Assembly: GCA_964016885.1 (NCBI GenBank)
Contig: CAXHJY010000898.1
Location: 473,189 to 537,188 of the forward strand
Length of the DNA: 64,000 nt
Direction of reading: 5' to 3'
Source: Eledone cirrhosa
Taxonomy: Eukaryota
Below the pieces are notes generated by a model, which saw nothing but the letters and a program-made list of their open reading frames with translations, did no database searches and was not told where the DNA came from. Of the stretch, positions 51,301 through 62,955 are shown in pieces (the stretch's first letter is position 1; every line of letters starts with the position of its first letter). The translations under genes and the position numbers were made by a program.

Positions 51301-54300
51301 AGGATAGCTTAGGATAGCTTAGCTTAGGATAGCTTAGGATAGCTTAGCTTAGGATAGCTTAGGATAGCTTAGCTTAGGATAGCTTAGCTTAGGATAGCTT
51401 AGCTTAGCTTAGCTTAGGATAGCTTAGCTTAGGATAGCTTAGGATAGCTTAGCTTAGGATAGCTTAGCTTAGGATAGCTTAGGATAGCTTAGCTTAGCTT
51501 AGCTTAGGATAGCTTAGCTTAGCTTAGCTTAGGATAGCTTAGCTTAGCTTAGGATAGCTTAGCTTAGCTTAGCTTAGGATAGCTTAGCTTAGCTTAGCTT
51601 AGGATAGCTTAGCTTAGCTTAGCTTAGGATAGCTTAGCTTAGCTTAGGATAGCTCAGCTTAGCTTAGCTTAGGATAGCTTAGCTTAGGTTAGCTTAGGAT
51701 AGCTTAGGATGGCTTAGGATAGCTTAGCTTAGCTTAGCTTAGGATAGCTTAGCTTAGCTTAGCTTAGGATAGCTTAGCTTAGCTTAGGATAGCTTAGCTT
51801 AGCTTAGGATAGCTTAGCTTAGCTTAGGATAGCTTAGCTTAGCTTAGCTTAGGATAGCTTAGCTTTGCTTAGGATAGCTTAGCTTAGCTTAGCTTAGGAT
51901 AGCTTAGCTTAGCTTAGCTTAGGATAGCTTAGCTTAGGATAGCTTAGCTTAGCTTTGCTTAGGATAGCTTAGCTTAGCTTAGCTTAGGATAGCTTAGCTT
52001 AGCTTAGCTTAGGATAGCTTAGCTTAGCTTAGGATAGCTTAGCTTAGCTTAGCTTAGGATAGCTTAGCTTAGCTTAGCTTAGGATAGCTTAGCTTAGCTT
52101 AGCTTAGGATAGCTTAGCTTAGCTTAGCTTAGGATAGCTTAGGATAGCTTAGCTTAGGATAGCTTAGGATAGCTTAGGATAGCTTAGCTTAGCTTAGCTT
52201 AGGATAGCTTAGCTTAGCTTAGCTTAGGATAGCTTAGCTTAGCTTAGCTTAGGATAGCTTAGCTTAGCTTAGGATAGCTTAGCTTAGCTTAGCTTAGGAT
52301 AGCTTAGCTTAGCTTAGCTTAGGATAGCTTAGCTTAGCTTAGGATAGCTTAGCTTAGGATAGCTTAGCTTAGCTTAGCTTAGGATAGCTTAGCTTAGCTT
52401 AGCTTAGGATAGCTTAGCTTAGCTTAGCTTAGGATAGCTTAGCTTAGCTTAGCTTAGGATAGCTTAGCTTAGCTTAGCTTAGGATAGCTTAGCTTAGCTT
52501 AGCTTAGGATAGCTTAGCTTAGCTTAGCTTAGGATAGATTAGCTTAGCTTAGGATAGCTTAGCTTAGCTTAGCTTAGGAAAGCTTAGCTTAGCTTAGGAT
52601 AGCTTAGCTTAGCTTAGCTTAGGAGAGCTTAGCTTAGCTTAGGATAGCTTAGCTTAGCTTAGCTTAGGATAGCTTAGCTTAGCTTAGCTTAGGTAGCTTA
52701 GCTTAGCTTAGCTTAGGATAGCTTAGCTTAGCTTAGCTTAGGATAGCTTAGGATAGCTTAGCTTAGGATAGCTTAGGATAGCTTACCTTAGGAGAGCTTA
52801 GCTTAGGATAGCTTAGCTTAGGATAGCTTAGGATAGCTTAGCTTAGGATAGCTTAGCTTAGGATAGCTTAGCTTAGGATAGCTTAGGATAGCTTAGCTTA
52901 GCTTAGCTTAGGATAGCTTAGCTTAGCTTAGCTTAGGATAGCTTAGCTTAGGTTAGCTTAGCTTAGCTTAGCTTAGGATAGCTTAGGATAGCTTAGCTTA
53001 GGATAGCTTAGGATAGCTTAGCTTAGGATAGCTTAGGATAGCTTAGCTTAGGATAGCTTAGTTTAGGATAGCTTAGGATTGCTTAGCTTAGGATAGCTTA
53101 GGATAGCTTAGCTTAGGATAGCTTAGCTTAGGATAGCTTAGCTTAGGATCGCTTAGGATAGCTTAGCTTAGCTTAGCTTAGGATAGCTTAGCTTAGCTTA
53201 GCTTAGGATAGCTTAGCTTAGCTTAGCTTAGGATAGCTTAGCTTAGCTTAGCTTAGGATAGCTTAGGATAGCTTAGCTTAGGATAGCTTAGGATAGCTTA
53301 GCTTAGGATAGCTTAGGATAGCTTAGCTTAGGATAGCTTAGCTTAGGATAGCTTAGCTTAGGATAGCTTAGGATAGCTTAGCTTAGGATAGCTTAGGATA
53401 GCTTAGCTTAGGATAGCTTAGCTTAGGATAGCTTAGCTTAGGATAGCTTAGGATAGCTTAGCTTAGCTTAGCTTAGGATAGCTTAGCTTAGCTTAGCTTA
53501 GGATAGCTTAGCTTAGCTTAGCTTAGGATAGCTTAGCTTAGCTTAGCCTAGGATAGCTTAGGATAGCTTAGCTTAGGATAGCTTAGGATAGCTTAGCTTA
53601 GGTTAGCTTAGGATAGCTTAGCTTAGGATAGATTAGCTTAGGATAGCTTAGCTTAGGATAGCTTAGGATAGCTTAGCTTAGGATAGCTTAGGATCGCTTA
53701 GCTTAGAATAGCTTAGCTTAGGATAGCTTAGGAAAGCTTAGCTTAGCTTAGCTTAGGATAGCTTAGCTTAGCTTAGCTTAGGATAGCTTAGCTTAGCTTA
53801 GCTTAGGATAGCTTAGGATAGCTTAGCTTAGGATAGCTTAGGATAGCTTAGCTTTGGATAGCTTAGCTTAGGAGAGCTTAGCTTAGGATAGCTTAGGATA
53901 GCTTAGCTTAGGATAGCTTAGGATAGCTTAGCTTAGGATAGCTTAGCTTAGGATAGCTTAGGATAGCTTAGCTTAGCTTAGCTTAGGATAGCTTAGCTTA
54001 GCTTAGCTTAGGATAGCTTAGCTTAGCTTAGCTTAGCTTAGGATAGCTTAGCTTAGCTTAGCTTAGGATAGCTTAGGATAGCTTAGCTTAGGATAGCTTA
54101 GGATAGCTTAGCTTAGGATAGCTTAGGATAGCTTAGCTTAGGATAGCTTAGGATAGCTTAGCTTAGGATAGCTTAGCTTAGGATAGCTTAGCTTAGCTTA
54201 GCTTAGGATAGCTTAGCTTAGGATAGCTTAGGATAGCTTAGCTTAGGATAGCTTAGCTTAGGATAGCTTAGGATAGCTTAGCTTAGCTTAGCTTAGGATA

Positions 54301-57300
54301 GCTTAGCTTAGCTTAGCTTAGGATAGCTTAGCTTAGCTTAGGATAGCTTAGCTTAGCTTAGCTTAGGATAGCTTAGCTTAGCTTAGCTTAGGATAGCTTA
54401 GCTTAGCTTAGCTTAGGATAGCTTAGCTTAGCTTAGGATAGCTCAGCTTAGCTTAGCTTAGGATAGCTTAGCTTAGGTTAGCTTAGGATAGCTTAGGATG
54501 GCTTAGGATAGCTTAGCTTAGCTTAGCTTAGGATAGCTTAGCTTAGCTTAGGATAGCTTAGCTTAGCTTAGCTTAGGATAGCTTAGCTTAGCTTAGGATA
54601 GCTTAGCTTAGCTTAGCTTAGGATAGCTTAGCTTTGCTTAGGATAGCTTAGCTTAGCTTAGCTTAGGATAGCTTAGCTTAGCTTAGCTTAGGATAGCTTA
54701 GCTTAGGATAGCTTAGCTTAGCTTTGCTTAGGATAGCTTAGCTTAGCTTAGCTTAGGATAGCTTAGCTTAGCTTAGCTTAGGATAGCTTAGCTTAGCTTA
54801 GCTTAGGATAGCTTAGCTTAGCTTAGCTTAGGATAGCTTAGCTTAGGATAGCTTAGCTTAGCTTAGGATAGCTTAGCTTAGCTTAGCTTAGGATAGCTTA
54901 GCTTTGCTTAGGATAGCTTAGCTTAGCTTAGCTTAGCTTAGGATAGCTTAGCTTAGCTTAGCTTAGGATAGATTAGCTTAGCTTAGGATAGCTTAGCTTA
55001 GCTTAGCTTAGGAAAGCTTAGCTTAGCTTAGGATAGCTTAGCTTAGCTTAGCTTAGGAGAGCTTAGCTTAGCTTAGGATAGCTTAGCTTAGCTTAGCTTA
55101 GGATAGCTTAGCTTAGCTTAGGTAGCTTAGCTTAGCTTAGCTTAGGATAGCTTAGCTTAGCTTAGCTTAGCTTAGGATAGCTTAGCTTAGCTTAGCTTAG
55201 GATAGCTTAGCTTAGCTTAGCTTAGGATAGCTTAGGATAGCTTAGCTTAGGATAGCTTAGGATAGCTTACCTTAGGAGAGCTTAGCTTAGGATAGCTTAG
55301 CTTAGGATAGCTTAGGATAGCTTAGCTTAGGATAGCTTAGGATAGCTTAGCTTAGGATAGCTTAGGATAGCTTAGCTTAGGATAGCTTAGCTTAGGATAG
55401 CTTAGCTTAGGATAGCTTAGGATAGCTTAGCTTAGGATAGCTTAGGATAGCTTAGCTTAGGATAGCTTAGCTTAGGATAGCTTAGCTTAGGATAGCTTAG
55501 GATAGCTTAGCTTAGCTTAGCTTAGGATAGCTTAGCTTAGCTTAGCTTAGGATAGCTTAGCTTAGCTTAGCTTAGGATAGCTTAGCTTAGCTTAGCCTAG
55601 GATAGCTTAGGATAGCTTAGCTTAGGATAGCTTAGGATAGCTTAGCTTAGGTTAGCTTAGGATAGCTTAGCTTAGGATAGATTAGCTTAGGATAGCTTAG
55701 CTTAGGATAGCTTAGGATAGCTTAGCTTAGGATAGCTTAGGATCGCTTAGCTTAGAATAGCTTAGCTTAGGATAGCTTAGGAAAGCTTAGCTTAGCTTAG
55801 CTTAGGATAGCTTAGCTTAGCTTAGCTTAGGATAGCTTAGCTTAGCTTAGCTTAGGATAGCTTAGGATAGCTTAGCTTAGGATAGCTTAGGATAGCTTAG
55901 CTTTGGATAGCTTAGCTTAGGAGAGCTTAGCTTAGGATAGCTTAGGATAGCTTAGCTTAGGATAGCTTAGGATAGCTTAGCTTAGGATAGCTTAGCTTAG
56001 GATAGCTTAGGATAGCTTAGCTTAGCTTAGCTTAGGATAGCTTAGCTTAGCTTAGCTTAGGATAGCTTAGCTTAGCTTAGCTTAGCTTAGGATAGCTTAG
56101 CTTAGCTTAGCTTAGGATAGCTTAGGATAGCTTAGCTTAGGATAGCTTAGGATAGCTTAGCTTAGGATAGCTTAGGATAGCTTAGCTTAGGATAGCTTAG
56201 GATAGCTTAGCTTAGGATAGCTTAGCTTAGGATAGCTTAGCTTAGCTTAGCTTAGGATAGCTTAGCTTAGGATAGCTTAGGATAGCTTAGCTTAGGATAG
56301 CTTAGCTTAGGATAGCTTAGGATAGCTTAGCTTAGCTTAGCTTAGGATAGCTTAGCTTAGCTTAGCTTAGGATAGCTTAGCTTAGCTTAGGATAGCTTAG
56401 CTTAGCTTAGCTTAGGATAGCTTAGCTTAGCTTAGCTTAGGATAGCTTAGCTTAGCTTAGCTTAGGATAGCTTAGCTTAGCTTAGGATAGCTCAGCTTAG
56501 CTTAGCTTAGGATAGCTTAGCTTAGGTTAGCTTAGGATAGCTTAGGATGGCTTAGGATAGCTTAGCTTAGCTTAGCTTAGGATAGCTTAGCTTAGCTTAG
56601 CTTAGGATAGCTTAGCTTAGCTTAGCTTAGGATAGCTTAGCTTAGCTTAGGATAGCTTAGCTTAGCTTAGCTTAGGATAGCTTAGCTTAGCTTAGGATAG
56701 CTTAGCTTAGCTTAGCTTAGGATAGCTTAGCTTTGCTTAGGATAGCTTAGCTTAGCTTAGCTTAGGATAGCTTAGCTTAGCTTAGCTTAGGATAGCTTAG
56801 CTTAGGATAGCTTAGCTTAGCTTTGCTTAGGATAGCTTAGCTTAGCTTAGCTTAGGATAGCTTAGCTTAGCTTAGCTTAGGATAGCTTAGCTTAGCTTAG
56901 CTTAGGATAGCTTAGCTTAGCTTAGCTTAGGATAGCTTAGCTTAGGATAGCTTAGCTTAGCTTAGGATAGCTTAGCTTAGCTTAGCTTAGGATAGCTTAG
57001 CTTTGCTTAGGATAGCTTAGCTTAGCTTAGCTTAGGATAGCTTAGCTTAGCTTAGCTTAGGATAGCTTAGCTTAGCTTAGCTTAGGATAGATTAGCTTAG
57101 CTTAGGATAGCTTAGCTTAGCTTAGCTTAGGAAAGCTTAGCTTAGCTTAGGATAGCTTAGCTTAGCTTAGCTTAGGAGAGCTTAGCTTAGCTTAGGATAG
57201 CTTAGCTTAGCTTAGCTTAGGATAGCTTAGCTTAGCTTAGGTAGCTTAGCTTAGCTTAGCTTAGGATAGCTTAGCTTAGCTTAGCTTAGCTTAGGATAGC

Positions 57301-57400
57301 TTAGCTTAGCTTAGCTTAGGATAGCTTAGCTTAGCTTAGCTTAGGATAGCTTAGGATAGCTTAGCTTAGGATAGCTTAGGATAGCTTACCTTAGGAGAGC
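48400..57400 (+). repeat. Four-copy expansion of a ~2.1-kb CTAGG/ATGGC-marked unit that is single-copy in A (~24200-26300)
   Basis: CTAGG at 48665, 50759, 53548 and 55597 versus only 24493 in A. ATGGC at 49590, 51709, 54498 and 56547 versus only 25438 in A. Confidence 0.9.
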
Positions 57401-60400
57401 TTAGCTTAGGATAGCTTAGCTTAGGATAGCTTAGGATAGCTTAGCTTAGGATAGCTTAGCTTAGGATAGCTTAGCTTAGGATAGCTTAGGATAGCTTAGC
57501 ATAGCTTAGCTTAGGATAGCTTAGCTTAGCTTAGCTTAGGATAGCTTAGCTTAGGTTAGCTTAGCTTAGCTTAGCTTAGGATAGCTTAGCTTAGGATAGC
57601 TTAGGATAGCTTAGCTTAGGATAGCTTAGCTTAGGATAGCTTAGCTTAGCTTTGCTTAGGATAGCTTAGCTTAGCTTAGCTTAGGATAGCTTAGCTTAGC
57701 TTAGCTTAGGATAGCTTAGCTTAGCTTAGCTTAGGATAGCTTAGCTTAGCTTAGCTTAGGATAGCTTAGCTTAGCTTAGCTTAGGATAGCTTAGCTTAGC
57801 TTAGCTTAGGATCGCTTAGCTTAGCTTAGGATAGCTTAGCTTAGCTTAGGATAGCTTAGCTTAGCTTAGCTTAGGATAGCTTAGCTTAGCTTAGGATAGC
57901 TTAGGATAGCTTAGCTTAGGAGAGCTTAGCTTAGCTTAGCTTAGGATAGCTTAGCTTAGCTTAGCTTAGGATAGCTTAGCTTAACTTAGCTTAGGATAGC
58001 TTAGCTTAGCTTAACTTAGGATAGCTTAGCTTAGCTTAGCTTAGGATAGCTTAGCTTAGCTTAGCTTAGGATAGCTTAGCTTAGCTTAGCTTAGGATAGC
58101 TTAGGATAGCTTAGCTTAGGATAGCTTAGGATAGCTTACCTTAGGAGAGCTTAGCTTAGGATAGCTTAGCTTAGGATAGCTTAGGATAGCTTAGCTTAGG
58201 ATAGCTTAGCTTAGGATAGCTTAGCTTAGGATAGCTTAGGATAGCTTAGCTTAGCTTAGCTTAGGATAGCTTAGCTTAGCTTAGCTTAGGATAGCTTAGC
58301 TTAGCTTAGCTTAGGATAGCTTAGCTTAGCTTAGCTTAGGATAGCTTAGGATAGCTTAGCTTAGGATAGCTTAGGATAGCTTAGCTTAGGATAGCTTAGG
58401 ATAGCTTAGCTTAGGATAGCTTAGCTTAGGATAGCTTAGCTTAGGATAGCTTAGGATAGCTTAGCTTAGGATAGCTTAGGATAGCTTAGCTTAGGATAGC
58501 TTAGCTTAGGATAGCTTAGGATAGCTTAGCTTAACTTAGCTTAGGATAGCTTAGCTTAGCTTAGCTTAGGATAGCTTAGCTTAGCTTAGCTTAGGATAGC
58601 TTAGCTTAGCTTAGCTTAGGATAGCTTAGGATAGCTTAGCTTAGGATAGCTTAGGATAGCTTAGCTTAGGATAGCTTAGGATAGTTTAGCTTAGGATAGC
58701 TTAGCTTAGGATAGCTTAGGATAGCTTAGCTTAGCTTAGCTTAGGATAGCTTAGGATAGCTTAGCTTAGGATAGCTTAGGATAGCTTAGCTTAGGATAGA
58801 TTAGGATAGCTTAGCTTAGGATAGCTTAGGATAGCTTAGCTTAGGATAGCTTAGCTTAGGATAGCTTAGCTTAGCTTAGCTTAGGATAGCTTAGCTTGGG
58901 ATAGCTTAGGATAGCTTAGCTTAGGATAGCTTAGCTTAGGATAGCTTAGGATAGCTTAGCTTAGCTTAGCTTAGGATAGCTTAGCTTAGCTTAGCTTAGG
59001 ATAGCTTAGCTTAGCTTAGGATAGCTTAGCTTAGCTTAGCTTAGGATAGCTTAGCTTAGCTTAGCTTAGGATTGCTTAGCTTAGCTTAGCTTAGGATAGC
59101 TTAGCTTAGCTTAGCTTAGGATAGCTTAGCTTAGCTTAGCTTAGGATAGCTTAGCTTAGCTTAGCTTAGAATAGCTTAGCTTAGGATAGCTTAGCTTAGG
59201 ATAGCTTAGCTTAGGATAGCTTAGCTTAGGATAGCTTAGGATAGCTTAGCTTAGGATAGCTTAGGATAGCTTAGCTTAGGATAGCTTAGCTTAGCTTAGC
59301 TTAGGATAGCTTAGCTTAGCTTAGGATAGCTTAGCTTAGCTTAGCTTAGGATAGCTTAGCTTAGGATAGCTTAGGAAAGCTTAGCTTAGCTTAGCTTAGG
59401 ATAGCTTAGCTTAGCTTAGCTTAGGATAGCTTAGCTTAGCTTAGGATAGCTTAGCTTAGCTTAGCTTAGGATAGCTTAGCTTAGCTTAGTTTAGGATAGC
59501 TTAGCTTAGCTTAGCTTAGGATAGCTTAGCTTGGCTTAGCTTAGGATAGCTTAGCTTAGCTTAGCTTAGGATAGCTTAGCTTAGGATAGCTTAGCTTAGC
59601 TTAGCTTAGGATAGCTTAGCTTAGCTTAGCTTAGGATAGCTTAGCTTAGGATAGCTTAGCTTAGCTTAGCTTAGGATAGCTTAGCATAGCTTAGCTTAGG
59701 ATAGCTTAGCTTAGCTTAGCTTAGGATAGCTTAGCTTAGCTTAGCTTAGGATAGCTTAGCTTAGCTTAGCTTAGGATAGCTTAGCTTAGCTTAGCTTAGG
59801 ATAGCTTAGCTTAGCTTAGCTTAGGATAGCTTAGCATAGCTTAGCTTAGGATAGCTTAGCTTAGCTTAGCTTAGGATAGCTTAGCTTAGCTTAGGATAGC
59901 TTAGCTTAGCTTGGCTTAGGATAGCTTAGCTTAGCTTGGCTTAGGATAGCTTAGCTTAGCTTAGCTTAGGATAGCTTAGCTTAGGATAGCTTAGGATAGC
60001 TTAGCTTAGCTTAGCTTAGGATAGCTTAGCTTAGTTTAGGATAGCTTAGCTTAGCTTAGCTTAGGATAGCTTAGGATAGCTTAGCTTAGGATAGCTTAGG
60101 ATAGCTTAGCTTAGGATAGCTTAGGATAGCTTAGCTTAGGATAGCTTAGGATAGCTTAGGTTAGGATAGTTTAGCTTAGGATAGCTTAGGATAGCTTAGC
60201 TTAGGATAGCTTAGGATAGCTTAGCTTAGGATAGCTTAGGATAGCTTAGCTTAGGATAGCTTAGCTTAGGATAGCTTAGGAAAGCTTAGCTTAGCTTAGC
60301 TTAGGATAGCTTAGCTTAGCTTAGCTTAGGATAGCTTAGCTTAGCTTAGCTTAGGATAGCTTAGGATAGCTTAGCTTAGGATAGCTTAGGATAGCTTAGC

Positions 60401-62955
60401 TTAGGATAGCTTAGCTTAGGATAGCTTAGCTTAGGATAGCTTAGGATAGCTTAGCTTAGGATAGCTTAGGATAGCTTAGCTTAGGATAGCTTAGCTTAGG
60501 ATAGCTTAGGATAGCTTAGCTTAGCTTAGCTTAGGATAGCTTAGCTTAGCTTAGGATAGCTTAGCTTAGCTTAGCTTAGCTTAGGATAGCTTAGCTTAGC
60601 TTAGGATAGCTTAGGATAGCTTAGCTTAGGATAGCTTAGGATAGCTTAGCTTAGGATAGCTTAGGATAGCTTAGCTTAGGATAGCTTAGCTTAGGATAGC
60701 TTAGCTTAGCTTAGCTTAGGATAGCTTAGCTTAGGATAGCTTAGGATATCTTAGGTTAGGATAGCTTAGCTTAGGATAGCTTAGGATAGATTAGCTTAGC
60801 TTAGCTTAGGATAGCTTAGCTTAGCTTAGCTTAGCTTAGCTTAGCTTAGGATAGCTTAGCTTAGCTTAGCTTAGGATAGCTTAGCTTAGCTTAGCTTAGG
60901 ATAGCTTAGCTTAGCTTAGGATAGCTTAGCTTAGCTTAGCTTAGGATAGCTTAGCTTAGCTTAGCTTAGGATAGCTTAGCTTAGGATAGCTTAGCTTAGG
61001 ATAGCTTAGCTTAGGTTAGCTTAGCTTAGCTTAGCTTAGGATAGCTTAGGATAGCTTAGCTTAGGATAACTTAGCTTAGCTTAGCTTAGGATAGCTTAGC
61101 TTAGCTTAGCTTAGGATAGCTTAGCTTAGCTTAGCTTAGGATAGCTTAGCTTAGGATAGCTTAGGATTGCTTAGCTTAGCTTAGCTTAGGATAGCTTAGC
61201 TTAGCTTAGCTTAGGATAGCTTAGCTTAGCTTAGGATAGCTTAGCTTAGCTTAGCTTAGGATAGCTTAGCTTAGCTTAGCTTAGGATAGCTTAGCTTAGC
61301 TTAGCTTAGGATAGCTTAGGATAGCTTAGGATAGCTTAGCTTAGCTTAGCTTAGGATAGCTTAGCTTAGCATAGGATAGCTTAGCTTAGCTTAGCTTAGG
61401 ATAGCTTAGCTTAGCTTAGGATAGCTTAGCTTAGCTTAGCTTAGGATAGCTTAGCTTAGCTTAGCTTAGGATAGCTTAGCTTAGCTTAGCTTAGGATAGC
61501 TTAGCTTAGCTTAGCTTAGGATAGCTTAGCTTAGCTTAGCTTAGGATAGATTAGCTTAGCTTAGGATAGCTTAGCTTAGCTTAGCTTAGGAAAGCTTAGC
61601 TTAGCTTAGGATAGCTTAGCTTAGCTTAGCTTAGGAGAGCTTAGCTTAGCTTAGCTTAGGATAGCTTAGCTTAGCTTAGCTTAGGATAGCTTAGCTTAGC
61701 TTAGGTAGCTTAGCTTAGCTTAGCTTAGGATAGCTTAGCTTAGCTTAGCTTAGCTTAGGATAGCTTAGCTTAGCTTAGCTTAGGAGAGCTTAGCTTAGCT
61801 TAGCTTAGGATAGCTTAGGATAGCTTAGCTTAGGATAGCTTAGGATAGCTTACCTTAGGAGAGCTTAGCTTAGGATAGCTTAGCTTAGGATAGCTTAGGA
61901 TAGCTTAGCTTAGGATAGCTTAGCTTAGGATAGCTTAGCTTAGGATAGCTTAGGATAGCTTAGCTTAGCTTAGCTTAGGATAGCTTAGCTTAGCTTAGCT
62001 TAGGATAGCTTAGCTTAGGTTAGCTTAGCTTAGCTTAGCTTAGCTTAGGATAGCTTAGCTTAGGATAGCTTAGGATAGCTTAGGATAGCTTAGCTTAGGA
62101 TAGCTTAGCTTAGGATAGCTTAGGATAGCTTAGCTTAGGATAGCTTAGGATAGCTTAGCTTAGGATAGCTTAGCTTAGGATAGCTTAGGATAGCTTAGCT
62201 TAGCTTAGCTTAGGATAGCTTAGCTTAGCTTAGCTTAGGATAGCTTAGCTTAGCTTAGCTTAGGATTGCTTAGCTTAGCTTAGCTTAGGATAGCTTAGGA
62301 TAGCTTAGCTTAGGATAGCTTAGCTTAGGATAGCTTAGGATAGCTTAGGATAGCTTAGCTTAGCTTAGCTTAGGATAGCTTAGCTTAGCTTAGCTTAGGA
62401 TAGCTTAGCTTAGCTTAGCTTAGGATAGCTTAGCTTAGCTTAGGATAGCTTAGCTTAGCTTAGCTTAGGATAGCTTAGCTTAGCTTAGCTTAGGACAGCT
62501 TAGCTTAGCTTAGCTTAGGATAGCTTAGCTTAGCTTAGGATAGCTTAGCTTAGCTTAGCTTAGGATAGCTTAGCTTAGGATAGCTTAGCTTAGGATAGCT
62601 TAGCTTGGGTTAGCTTAGCTTAGCTTAGCTTAGGATAGCTTAGGATAGCTTAGCTTAGGATAGCTTAGCTTAGCTTAGCTTAGGATAGCTTAGCTTAGCT
62701 TAGCTTAGGATAGCTTAGCTTAGCTTAGCTTAGGATAGCTTAGCTTAGCTTAGCTTAGGATAGCTTAGCTTAGGATAGCTTAGGATAGCTTAGCTTAGCT
62801 TAGCTTAGGATAGCTTAGCTTAGCTTAGCTTAGGATAGCTTAGCTTAGCTTAGGATAGCTTAGCTTAGCTTAGCTTAGGATAGCTTAGCTTAGCTTAGCT
62901 TAGGATAGCTTAGCTTAGCTTAGCTTAGGATAGCTTAGGATAGCTTAGGATAGCT

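Larger units (their letters stand above)
31861..62955 (+). repeat. ~31.1 kb higher-order super-repeat, copy B
   Basis: Colinear with copy A at offset ~31860 up to ~38400. The offset is then ~24900 (ATATC 13920/38832, GTAGC 16579/41476, CTAGC 17414/42316, TTAGA 22949/47860) and finally ~31099 (ATCGC 26712/57811, TTAAC 27432/58531, TTGGG 27797/58896). Confidence 0.9.
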
